A stretch of DNA of 32,491 bases, taken from the NCBI GenBank assembly GCA_009602735.1, contig WELA01002181.1, positions 156,708 through 189,198 on the forward strand, given 5' to 3'. Under the pieces are notes generated by a model, which saw only the letters and a list, made by a program, of their open reading frames with translations, was not told the origin of the DNA and searched no databases. Shown here one piece after another: positions 1 to 9,608 of the stretch. The stretch is from Mesotaenium endlicherianum. Lineage: Eukaryota. Within the stretch, counting starts at the first letter, position 1. Each line of letters starts with the position of its first letter. The position numbers and the translations under genes are program-made.

Positions 1-443
1 GCCTAGCATATGTACATGGAATGAGTTTACTGTTCAACGGTCAGTGCGATGGCACCGCCTACCCGGGAGTTAACCACGTTGGTAGGACCTCGGTTAACCA
101 AATCCACCGCCATCTCCCATCATTCCGAATAGCCATCCATCATGGGGATGTCATCTGGCCATTCATCTAGCAGGTGGTACTTAGATGCATATCAAGGCAG
201 TTCGCTGCTACCGAGCACGGAAGTCAGCTGGCTGTCAAAGAATGTGTCAGCAAGCTGACTTAAGTTGACTTCAGCCTGCTGCTTTTGGCCGAGTCATTAA
301 ACCGATAATTATGTAAAGTCCAGCAGACTGATTATTAACTAAAGTTCAGCAGGCTGACTACTAACTAAAGTTCAGCAGGCTGAACTAAATTAACTATTAT
401 ATTTAAATGAATATTATATCTACTAATATACTGATTCATTACA
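1..443 (-). mobile_element. Partial LTR of Gypsy family A (5' LTR or solo LTR), truncated by the window edge
   Basis: Reverse complement of the LTR at 3644-~4060; the terminal TGTAATGAATCAG lies at 443-431 on the minus strand. No PPT precedes it, so it is not a 3' LTR. Confidence 0.93.
336..383. repeat. 26-bp-period tandem duplication within the LTR
   Basis: TAACTAAAGTTCAGCAGGCTGA at 336-357 and 362-383; single copy in the other family A LTRs. Confidence 0.85.
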
Positions 444-1687
444 CTGGTGTTGCTAGCTGGTCCAATACTTTACCAGCTCTATTGCCAAGGATGCAAGCGA
501 GTTCCTCATCGAATCTCGCATTTTCTAGAAAAAAAATATGCAAGCACAAAGCGTTACAAGAGGTGTGTTTATTGTCTGTATTCAGGCAACGTATATGGGC
601 GTGATACATGTTGCACAAATGAATCCATCTCGCCATCCAATGGAAGACAACATGAACACCAGTCAACTTTCATTATGGTCCTGTCAAGTGCCGTTTCATC
701 ATTACATTCTTCCAAGTGCCAATTGGCCTCGCAGTATGACCAAAAAAGCCAATTGGCCTCGCACTATGTCCCGCACTAGTTCTGCCTAAACTGTGCAGAA
801 GGAGGTGGTCCCATCATAGGGGGTCCCATGGGCGGCCCCATTGGCGGTTATAAATTCTGAAAAGGTACAGCTCTATTTTCTGGACGACCATCATAACATT
901 TAGGCTGCTCACACTTTGTGGAAAGATGACCTTATACGCCATAATTGTAGCAGTACGTACGGACCATGCCGTTTTCCTTAGGGCCACTGCCCCTGACGAA
1001 CTTGTCAGTCCTGATTTGTACCCTTTCTCTTTTATTCTAGCTTTTTGACTATGACAGAAAGCGTCTAACTCTTTCTTCTCTAGATCTTTCCCTTTTGTGA
1101 TACAATTTTTAGTGGCCTCGTTTACTACTGGCCACAAATATTCCTTCGCCAGCCAGACTTGCCTCTTGCAAATACTAATCATTGACACAATAGACACAAG
1201 CACTGCACCTGTAGTTTTAATGTCGTGCCCAAGATTGCCTGCGATTGCATCGTCATTTCCTCCAAATCATTGCAATATTTGATTTGGACTTTGTTGGCTT
1301 CTGACAGTTGCTGATTCCCACCATGTCCTTCTCTTCTTTCAGTCGCTTCATCTCTCGCATAAGTTGGTCCGTCGTGCTACTGTTCGATGGTCTCTTGCCT
1401 TTGTCTTTAACTTTTTTTGTCACCGTCTCTAGGATCTACTGCATCTTATCCATTCTCTGAGCGACATTGAGTAATTGTGGGTTTGGTGTTTGTTTCTGGA
1501 TTGCTCGTGCAGCCAAGACCTGGTCCTCAGAGGCTTTACGGGCTTCAATTTCAGCCAGAAGTCGCTCTTGTGTGAGATGCAAAAGAACTTCCTTGTCAGC
1601 GTCTGACAATGATGAAATGGTAATTTGGGAGCTAGTGCCTTCCTGCGTAGACTTGTCAGCGTTAAGCGTGGGGTCAGAATCTGCCAT
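444..1687 (-). pseudogene. Decayed Gag-like ORF with a degenerate zinc knuckle plus a possible RT start; possible DIRS-like retroelement interrupted by the LTR
   Basis: Fragments 1436-1687 (coiled-coil-like) and 814-1203 (RQVWLAKEYLWPVVNE). 952-911 reads CYNYGV*GHLSTKC, which has CCHC spacing. 439-666 ends ENARFDEELACILGNRAGKV. The family assignment is by resemblance only. Confidence 0.4.
718..771. repeat. 30-bp-period tandem duplication
   Basis: GCCAATTGGCCTCGCAGTATGACC (718-741) and GCCAATTGGCCTCGCACTATGTCC (748-771). Confidence 0.8.
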
Positions 1688-1907
1688 GATGGGTTGTGGA
1701 GAACTTGCGTTATCGGGCGGTAACTTGCCAGAGTTTCGTAAATGCTTTAAGACTTAAGCCTGAATTCCTGTGGAATCCTGAATTTCTCTCTTAATCCAAG
1801 AGTGAATATACGACGGCGGAGAGTTCTATCTGCACTTGCACGAGCTTCTTTGTCACTGCAATGAATGGTTGATATCGTCTTTGAGGATAATAATGTGTGC
1901 CAAGTTC

Positions 1908-2153
1908 CCTAGTTTAATAATACTCCCGTACAGGCTCTTTTGCCCGTACCGTACGTATTGTAATACTCCGCATCCGCACAGGCCGTATCACTCGTATGGA
2001 CCAATTTACCGATTTATTTTTGATTTATAGTCGGTTTATGTCACCGACACTCACGTATTCCGACGTATTCTAACGTATAGTTTTGACACACCCGTATACA
2101 CGTATTTGTACAGGTCGTATCCATACTTGCCGTATCCGTATTTTAAAATTAGG
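1908..2153. mobile_element. hAT-type MITE, 246 bp
   Basis: Imperfect TIRs CCTAGTTTAATAATAC / reverse complement CCTAATTTTAAAATAC; 8-bp TSD CCAAGTTC (1900-1907) / CCATGTTC (2154-2161); dense internal (C)CGTA(T/C) motifs. Confidence 0.7.
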
Positions 2154-3643
2154 CCATGTTCTTTGACTTTCATTGTCAATGGTTCGTTAGAATATTTATC
2201 TTGGGAAGCTATCGTAATTATGTGACACTTATCTAATTGCTTATGTCACAAATCTAGTTTTGCGCCAAGTACGAGTACCTGTCGCAAAACTTCTAGTTTC
2301 TACCATGATTCTAACAAGTGTGATCACCATCTCGCCGATTCTTTTTAACTTTTGCGCTCCAAAGTGCTCCCAAGCGACCTCAACGCGTGCCTGGACAACA
2401 CGCAACGACTTCCGACACCCTTATTGCAGCCACGGCTTCTCGTCCTGTTCTTTTCAACAAGCCCACTATAGACAAGTCCCTTTCTCAGATGTGCTAAATC
2501 TTGCACAGCCCTTGCTCACTTGTGTTTCTAGGGCACAACCCCTACTTGCACAAGTTGTCACAATGTCATTCAGCATTCCCCCTTGCAATTGTTTTTTTGC
2601 TTCGTCTATAGCATCAATGAAGGCGGAGTTGTGCGACAACAAGGACTTCACAAGTATATAATAGCAGCACAAGTTGAGGCACTTTTGCAACTATCTTCAG
2701 GCAAGCGCGTGAATTAGAAATCTAAATTGATGATGATACATTAAATCATCATAACATTAAATATTTTTGCTAAACATGCATGATTCTTCAATGAATGCTC
2801 TAATGGCCAACGACACATCAAAATCCGATGTTGCGTCCGTTTTCCACCTTCACCTGGAGGATCGGCACCAAGCTACGACCCATTTGAGCAATTGAAGGAG
2901 CATGTGCGAGGAAGATATGTACTTCGTTGTCATTAATTTCTTCCACCAGATTTTTCCCTATCATCCACCAATCTCTACTCCATTGCGATAAAGTTATTTC
3001 AATAGAAATTTAACGGTTGCCTTCATCTCTGTCCACCTGCCCCACTTCTCATATAAATCATGTTCCTAAGGATATGAATGGATTGACATTTAATTCAAGG
3101 CGCATCATGTCTAGAGGGAGATAATATCACTTCTTAACATGTACACACGTTGACGTGCAGTCCTTAACACTAGATAGCCCGAAGCATCATATATGTTGAT
3201 GCAATTACTCGCCCCCTTTGTCTCTATCATATTTTTTTATTTACTTGATCATTTTAAGTAAAACTAATTTTAAACGGTGGGTTACATCGCAATGTGTCCA
3301 GAATTAAATTGACAGGTCAAATTGACTCCTTACGTACAAGTTACATCAAGATGTGTACGATGCTAAAATCAATTTCGATGAAGAAAGTCATCAAAAATAA
3401 ACGCGAAAGCCTTACTTTTTTGCGAGACCTCTTCAGCCATGGCTGCCGCTGGTTGCTCCCTCGACGCTTTTTTTGTAAGTAAAAAATTCTCATACCAGCT
3501 GCACACTTCGATTGTCCGTGGGCACAAGAAAAATTTGAGACATATAGGATGAAGCGTTATTAGAGGGAGTGGTGAAGAAGCGAATTGAGGCCCATAAGGG
3601 CCATGGCGTCGTTTATCAAGTGTGTTCTTTGTAAATGACAAGT

Positions 3644-4364
3644 TGTAATGAATCAGTATATTAGTGGATATAATAGTCATTTAAATATAATAGTTAATTA
3701 AGTTCAGCCTGCTGAACTTTAGTTAATAGTCAGTCTGCTGGACTTTACATAATTATCAGTTTAATGACTCAGTAAAAAGCAGCAGGCTGAAAGTCCATAT
3801 AAGTCAGCTTGCTGACACATTCTTTGACAGCAAGCTGACTTCCGTACTCGGTAGCAGCGAACTGCCTTGATATGCATCTAAGTGCAATATGCTAGATGAA
3901 TAGCCAGATGACATCCCTATGATGGATGGCTATTCGGGATGATGGGAGATGGCGGTGGATTTGGTTAACCGAGGTCCTACCAACGTGGTTAACTCCCGGG
4001 TAGGCGGTGCCATCGCACTGACCGTTGAACAGTAAACTCATTCCATGTACATATGCTAGGCATTGCTCTCGAGTTCGGCATTCGGAAACGAGGCCAACTC
4101 TCTTGTACAGCTTACTGAGAGAGATCTGAATCCAAGGCGAGAAGCCATTGATACGCACTGTCTTCTAACCTTGCTTATGTATGAGTTTACTGATTTGCAT
4201 TATTGATGCTAGTTTACTCTCATTTGACTGACGAGTATTATTCACTGCTAGTGTGTTGTCCTTTGCCGTTAAACCAGTTAACGGAAAATACCATAAAGAT
4301 TACTTGCTGATATAAAGATCTTTATTAATTGTTAATCGCCTATTTGGTAAGTCGATTCATTTCA
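3644..4364 (+). repeat. 5' LTR of A1 (721 bp)
   Basis: TGTAATGAATC...GATTCATTTCA terminal inverted repeat; about 98% identical to 11398-12119 (manual count ~15 substitutions and 1 indel). Confidence 0.97.
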
Positions 4365-4365
4365 G

Positions 4366-4377
4366 TGGTATCGGAGC
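4366..4377 (+). promoter_or_regulatory. Primer binding site, tRNA-iMet type
   Basis: TGGTATCGGAGC 1 nt after the LTR; the canonical plant iMet PBS is TGGTATCAGAGC. Confidence 0.9.
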
Positions 4378-4398
4378 AGTTATCACAGTCTTCTTTGT

Positions 4399-5556
4399 AT
4401 GGTAAGGACAAGGTCTCAAACTAGCAACTCCCGAGACATGGAGAACCAGGATAACGAGAATGTCGAAAACCAGGCGGAAAGCCATGTAGCGGGAAACCGT
4501 ACCTATTCGGAAGCAGTAGCGGATACTGCAGCTAGGGAGGCTGCAGATGAGGCAGCTGCTATTGCCTCAGTCGCAGCTCAGCAAGCTGAGGAGGAGATAG
4601 CCAGACTAGAAGCTGAACAAGTAGCAAAGGCCGCTGAAGATATACAAAGGAGGGAAGGACAGCCAGCTGACGAGCGCACTGTTGAAGAACTTATGGCATC
4701 AAGGGCCAATGTTCTGAACCCACCTCCTGCCGTACAACTCAATGTACCCCTAGGTCAAATACGTGACCGGCTGAATGCGGCAGGAATTGCTGCTGCAGGA
4801 GCAAGAGGGATTGTTGAGGACACTACTCAGCGAGTAGATGCCAATGCTGCTGCTGCATTTGCTAATCTACCACCCCAAAATGTAGACTTGGGAGCATTGT
4901 TCGTTCAGATGCAGTCGCAAATGGCGACCATGTATCAGTCCCAGCAGGAGGACAAAAGAATCATAATGTCCCTACTCCGGGACAGAGACCAACTGGGGTC
5001 TCACACCACTAGTGGTGGTGGCCGAGGGCCTAGTAAGCCCAAGCCGAAACCTCCCCAGGACTATGATCCTGAGGGAAACAGAAAATATTACCTGATCAAG
5101 TTTCTCGCGGATGTTGAGCAGTGGCTGGAGAACTACCCAGAACTGCAAGATTACGAGAAGGTCAGGCACACCGGTGCGCTACTGAAAGGCAGTGCCGCAG
5201 ACTGGTGGCTTTACTGGAAGGAAGAGCGTAAGGCTCGGCAACTCGGTGACCCTACGTGGGTAGAGTTTGTCGAGAAGTTGCATGAGAAGTTTGATGTCAT
5301 CAACCAGCAGGAAAAAGCTATCTATGCGATGATCTCCCTGACACTGAAGCAGACCACTTCAGTTGCTGAGCTTGCTCAAAAGTTCCAAGAGAACATGATG
5401 AAGCAGCCAGATTTGTTAGAACGGTATAGGATAGCATACTTCAGGTATGGCTACCATTGTCAGCAGAAAGGCCACTACAAAGAACAGTGTCCGGTCAAGC
5501 ACCTGCCTAAGGTCGAGAGAAAAGACCAGCCTTTAAAAGACAGCAACAGTCAGTAA
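4399..5556 (+). CDS. gag: Gag of A1 (385 aa) with an in-frame internal deletion
   Basis: Capsid-like LKGSAADWW...[13 protein letters not shown]...LKQTTSVAE; the knuckle [14 protein letters not shown] lacks its first Cys; ~321 bp present in A2/A3 is missing at ~5451. Confidence 0.92.
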   Translation: MVRTRSQTSNSRDMENQDNENVENQAESHVAGNRTYSEAVADTAAREAADEAAAIASVAAQQAEEEIARLEAEQVAKAAEDIQRREGQPADERTVEELMASRANVLNPPPAVQLNVPLGQIRDRLNAAGIAAAGARGIVEDTTQRVDANAAAAFANLPPQNVDLGALFVQMQSQMATMYQSQQEDKRIIMSLLRDRDQLGSHTTSGGGRGPSKPKPKPPQDYDPEGNRKYYLIKFLADVEQWLENYPELQDYEKVRHTGALLKGSAADWWLYWKEERKARQLGDPTWVEFVEKLHEKFDVINQQEKAIYAMISLTLKQTTSVAELAQKFQENMMKQPDLLERYRIAYFRYGYHCQQKGHYKEQCPVKHLPKVERKDQPLKDSNSQ

Positions 5557-5573
5557 TCCAGCCTACTGACTGT
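5532..5573 (+). promoter_or_regulatory. Predicted -1 ribosomal frameshift signal (gag-pol)
   Basis: T TTA AAA (5532-5538) in the gag frame, 7-nt spacer, then a perfect 10-bp stem ACAGTCAGTA/TACTGACTGT (5546-5573); pol is in the -1 frame. Confidence 0.8.
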
Positions 5574-8500
5574 GAGGATGCTAGAGATAGTGAGTCGTCA
5601 CTAGCTGCCCTCGTAGCAGGTATTATGGGTCCTGCTGAACTGGATTCACTATGCATGCCTGACAACCAGATAAAGGAGACCATCAGCAATATAGACGTCC
5701 AGAGAGTGCACACTCTGGATGCTCTTGTTCCACCTGATGTCCAACATTTCTTTGCTACGTCAGGAGAACAATGCGAAAGTCAGGAAAAGACAGTCCCCCC
5801 TATCCTACTGCATTGCATGATTGCAGGTAGGAAGGTGAGGGCATTTGTTGACGGAGGGGCGTCACATACTTTTATCCACAAGGACTTAGTTAAGCGGCTA
5901 AGGCTGCCTACTGTCACCCAAGGGAATAGAAAAATATTCCTTGGAGATGCCTCAAGTATCCCGGGAGGAGTTATAACCAAGCCTATTGAGGTCCAGTTAG
6001 GTTCTGGCATTGCAGTTCTAACTGAAACGCTTACATTTGAGGTACTCAACACTGGCTTTTATGATCTCGTGCTAGGCAGGTCCTGGCTTAATAGACATCA
6101 AGCTGAAGTGTGTTGGAGCAGAGGTACAGTTAAAGTGAGAGGAGCCAGTGATGGGCAGACTGACTTGGCACCCACCAGTGCTCTTCCTCTTGTCCTGTGT
6201 GGATGGCAAATGAAGGAAAAGAAGAGGCTTCCAGAAGGATGCAAGTTGCTGAATGCAATGGAGTTCGTCAAAAGCTGGAACCAGAAGGAAGACAGAATGT
6301 TCTGTCTGCTGCTAAGAGAGGTACCTCCTCAACCTGAAGAAGTGGTTGAGAAAAAGGTACACCCTCCGGAACACCCTACTGCTGCAAACATTGTTGCTCA
6401 GTACACGGATGTGTTTAATATGCCTCCAGGACTACCCCCTAAGCGGGAAGTAGATCATAGGATTGATTTATTACCTGGTAGCCAGCCACCCTGGCAACGC
6501 ACGTATGGCTTGTCTTATTTGGAGAGTGAGGAGTTGAAAACACAGATTGCAGAGCTGGAGGAAAATGGTTACATTTCTCCCAGTAAATCACCGTACGGCG
6601 CACCTATCCTATTTGTTAAGAAAAAGGATGGCAGTATGCGGATGTGTGTGGATTACAGAGCCCTGAACAGAATTACAGTAAAGAACAAGTATGCTTTACC
6701 CAGAATCGAGGACTTGCTTGATACCCTGTCTGGTGCTAAGGTGTTCAGTAAGATAGATCTCAAGAGTGGTTATCATCAAATCAGAATTGCTGAGGGGGAT
6801 GAACACAAGACTGCCTTCCGCACACGTTATGGACACTATGAGTTCAACGTGATGCCATTTGGACTGACTAATGCTCCTGCTACCTTCATGGGTGCTATGA
6901 ATGACATTTTCAGACCTTATTTGGATAAGTTTGTGCAAGTTTTCCTGGATGATATTTTAATTTTCTCTAAAGATGAAGCTCAGCACACTGAACACTTAAA
7001 GAAAGTGCTGGACACTCTGCGGAAAAATCACTTGTATGCTAAAATGAGCAAGTGTGATTTCTTTAAGGAAAGTATTGAATTCTTAGGCCACGTTGTCAGT
7101 AAAGAGGGCATCAGTGTGGATCCTAAGAAAGTCCAGACCATAAGGGACTGGCCAGTACCACAGTCTGTCTCTGAAGTTAGATCCTTCCTCGGGTTGGCTA
7201 ACTACTATAGGAGATTTATTGAGAATTATTCCACAAAGGCCAGTAAACTGACTGACCTTACTAAGAAAGACATCGGGTATGTGTGGGGGGAAGAGCAGCA
7301 GGCTGCCTTCCAGACCCTTAAAGATGCCCTTTGTTCTGCCCCAGTGCTAGCCGTGTATGACCCCAGCAAACCGGTGCAGGTGGTTACTGATGCCTCTGAT
7401 TTTGCCATGGGTGCTATTTTGTTGCAGCCTGCTGACAAAACCACAAAGGATGGTAAGGTACGGCAGGAGTGGCATCCTGTGTTGTATGAGTCTATGAAAT
7501 TTAATCCAGCGGAGATTAATTACTCAGTGCATGATAAAGAGCTGCTAGCTATCATTCATGTACTCAAACAGTGGAGAGCATACTTACATGGTAAAGCTTT
7601 TAAGGTGATTACAGATCATCTAGCTCTGACCCACTTTCAGAAGAAGTCCAAGCTGTCGAGGAGGGAGAACCGCTGGAGCCAGATGCTGGAGCAGTTCCAA
7701 GTCCAGATCGACTACAAACCAGGGAAGTTGAATCCTGCTGATGCACTCTCTAGAAGACCTGACTTGCAAGAAAGGAACTTTAGTCAGCATGCTGTAGATA
7801 AAGTCCTGTGTGCACTCACTTCACTAAAGGTGAAAAAGTCCTTCCTTGAACAACTTAGGAAAGCCTACCTTTCTGACCCAACATTTGAGCCCAGCCCCAC
7901 TACTGGTGTGTGTCGTGCTACTGCACTCGGGTATAAGCTCAAGGGAGGGGTCTGGGTGACTGAAACCACTTCAGGCAGGCTGAAGCTGGTCATTCCTAAT
8001 AATTTGGAAATAAGGTCTCTCTTACTGAGTCAAGCTCATGACAGTCTCCTGGGTGGACATTTGGGGCAGGCCAAAACTGTTGGCAAACTGGCAAAACATT
8101 ATCATTGGGAGGGGTTACCCCGGGAGGTCTTGAAATATGTCAAGTCCTGTGACCAGTGTCAGAGAAATAAGTCTCGGCACACACCACCCGGAGGTCTCTT
8201 GCAACCGCTACCCATCCCAGCGGGACGCTGGGAAACTATATCCATGGACTGGGTGGTCTCACTACCAAGAACTGCCAACGGGCATGATTCAATACTGGTA
8301 GTCGTGGATAAACTGACAAAAATGGTCATTTTTATCCCCACAACTGTCAAAGTGACTGCACTCGAAACAGCGAGACAGTTTTACAACCATGTAGTATGCC
8401 AACATGGGCTCCCTTCTAATATCATCTCAGACAGAGACTCAAAATTCACCTCTAAGTTCTGGAGAGCTTTAATGGGGTTAATGGGAGTCAAACAGCTGCT

Positions 8501-9341
8501 CAGCACAGCAAACCACCCTCAGACTGATGGGCAGACTGAAAGAACTAACCGAGTTCTGCAGGAGGTGCTGAGAGCATATATTAACCAAAAACAAGATAAT
8601 TGGGATGACCTGTTGCCTCAAATTCAGTTTGCGGTCAACAGTGCGGTGCACGCGTCAACGGGCAAAACTCCTTTTGAACTCAGCCTGGGTAGAGTCCCTA
8701 AGTCTCCTCTAGATGTGCTAGGGGAATCATTAACTCACCCTCAAGGGATTGACAACCCGGTCTCCCTCCAGTTAACTCAGGAGTTTGCTGACACCCTGTC
8801 AGAAGTCGAACGAAACTTGCACACAGCCCAAGAAAACCAACAAACATACGCTAATCAACACCGTCGGGAACTGACATTTTCCAAGGGGGATTTAGTCAAA
8901 CTGCATTCTCAGCACCTGTACCTCCCTGGTGTGGTCAAGAAAAAGCTTGGCCCTGTCTGGGTCGGTCCATATTCGGTGGTCCGTCGTGTCGGTCAGAATG
9001 CTTACAAACTGAACATGTCAGCTGAATACAAGGGGCACCCGGTCTTTAATGTCTCCTTCCTGGAACCATACATCAAAGGTGATACACTGTTCACAGGTCG
9101 GTTACCTGTCCAACCGGGACCGGTCCCCGCTGTCCGGGACGGCGACCCTGAGGAATATGAGGTCGATGAGATTTTAGACGCTCGCTCGGTCCGTCGATCG
9201 TCTAAATATGTCATGAAATACCTCATTCGATGGAAGGGTTACGATGCCTCTGGGGACACTTGGGAGTTTAAGGACCACTTGACCAATGCCAAAGGGGCGT
9301 TGACACGGTTCCACCTTCGGGCCGCTGGAGTCCCTCCATAA
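5532..9341 (+). CDS. pol: Pol polyprotein, intact: aspartic protease, RT, RNase H, integrase, chromodomain (first ATG at 5625; probably entered by frameshift)
   Basis: [61 protein letters not shown]...[35 protein letters not shown]...[17 protein letters not shown]. Confidence 0.97.
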   Translation, partial: FKRQQQSVIQPTDCEDARDSESSLAALVAGIMGPAELDSLCMPDNQIKETISNIDVQRVHTLDALVPPDVQHFFATSGEQCESQEKTVPPILLHCMIAGRKVRAFVDGGASHTFIHKDLVKRLRLPTVTQGNRKIFLGDASSIPGGVITKPIEVQLGSGIAVLTETLTFEVLNTGFYDLVLGRSWLNRHQAEVCWSRGTVKVRGASDGQTDLAPTSALPLVLCGWQMKEKKRLPEGCKLLNAMEFVKSWNQKEDRMFCLLLREVPPQPEEVVEKKVHPPEHPTAANIVAQYTDVFNMPPGLPPKREVDHRIDLLPGSQPPWQRTYGLSYLESEELKTQIAELEENGYISPSKSPYGAPILFVKKKDGSMRMCVDYRALNRITVKNKYALPRIEDLLDTLSGAKVFSKIDLKSGYHQIRIAEGDEHKTAFRTRYGHYEFNVMPFGLTNAPATFMGAMNDIFRPYLDKFVQVFLDDILIFSKDEAQHTEHLKKVLDTLRKNHLYAKMSKCDFFKESIEFLGHVVSKEGISVDPKKVQTIRDWPVPQSVSEVRSFLGLANYYRRFIENYSTKASKLTDLTKKDIGYVWGEEQQAAFQTLKDALCSAPVLAVYDPSKPVQVVTDASDFAMGAILLQPADKTTKDGKVRQEWHPVLYESMKFNPAEINYSVHDKELLAIIHVLKQWRAYLHGKAFKVITDHLALTHFQKKSKLSRRENRWSQMLEQFQVQIDYKPGKLNPADALSRRPDLQERNFSQHAVDKVLCALTSLKVKKSFLEQLRKAYLSDPTFEPSPTTGVCRATALGYKLKGGVWVTETTSGRLKLVIPNNLEIRSLLLSQAHDSLLGGHLGQAKTVGKLAKHYHWEGLPREVLKYVKSCDQCQRNKSRHTPPGGLLQPLPIPAGRWETISMDWVVSLPRTANGHDSILVVVDKLTKMVIFIPTTVKVTALETARQFYNHVVCQHGLPSNIISDRDSKFTSKFWRALMGLMGVKQLLSTANHPQTDGQTERTNRVLQEVLRAYINQKQDNWDDLLPQIQFAVNSAVHASTGKTPFELSLGRVPKSPLDVLGESLTHPQGIDNPVSLQLTQEFADTLSEVERNLHTAQENQQTYANQHRRELTFSKGDLVKLHSQHLYLPGVVKKKLGPVWVGPYSVVRRVGQNAYKLNMSAEYKGHPVFNVSFLEPYIKGDTLFTGRLPVQPGPVPAVRDGDPEEYEVDEILDARSVRRSSKYVMKYLIRWKGYDASGDTWEFKDHLTNAKGALTRFHLRAAGVPP

Positions 9342-9368
9342 CTGTCATTTCAGTTGACACGGGAAGGT

Positions 9369-9406
9369 GACAGGCGGTCCTGTCTCCATTTAAGTTGGAG
9401 GGGAAA
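9369..9406 (+). promoter_or_regulatory. Internal (additional) PPT-like tract preceded by a small hairpin
   Basis: GACAGG-CGGT-CCTGTC then AAGTTGGAGGGGAAAA; the first 11 nt are identical to the terminal PPT; homologous unit at ~27808-27846 in A3. Confidence 0.6.
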
Positions 9407-9577
9407 ATATATGACAGTTAGTGAGCGAGAGCGATAAAAACACACTCATACGTTTATGTGTAGCGCATCGCAACTACGTCAACATTTAGCAATCATTTTG
9501 TAAGGTAAACAGCAGCGAAGCCACTATACTAAATACTAACATACTTTCTGCAATCCCTATGACAAAGGTCCATATCC

Positions 9578-9607
9578 TACTAACTTGTGCCCTGGTTCCA
9601 TGTGCAG
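9578..9607 (+). promoter_or_regulatory. Putative branchpoint and 3' splice acceptor immediately upstream of ORF3
   Basis: TACTAAC at 9578-9584, TGCAG ending at 9607, then G-ATG; the same arrangement is at 28144-28177 in A3. Confidence 0.6.
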
Positions 9608-9608
9608 G

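Noticed and set aside
2200..2720. Region rich in GCGACA/TGTCACA/GCACAA motifs, possible second MITE; ORFs 2260-2661 and 2466-2690
   Set aside because: Could not define TIRs or a TSD, and the ORFs have no recognisable features.
3168..3172. CACTA terminus suggesting an En/Spm element
   Set aside because: Flanks are TTAA on both sides and the coding remnants are piggyBac-like, not Tnp2/TnpA.
4399..4407. ATG|GTAAGG as the donor for ORF3 splicing (Drosophila gypsy style)
   Set aside because: Joining to 9608 puts the ATG out of frame with ORF3, and A3 has ATGATAAGG at this site.
5844..5870. Protease motif DGG instead of D(S/T)G, and RT FLDD/FIDD instead of YxDD
   Set aside because: Both variants are common in plant Gypsy elements and are shared by all copies here; neither is novel or evidence of inactivation.
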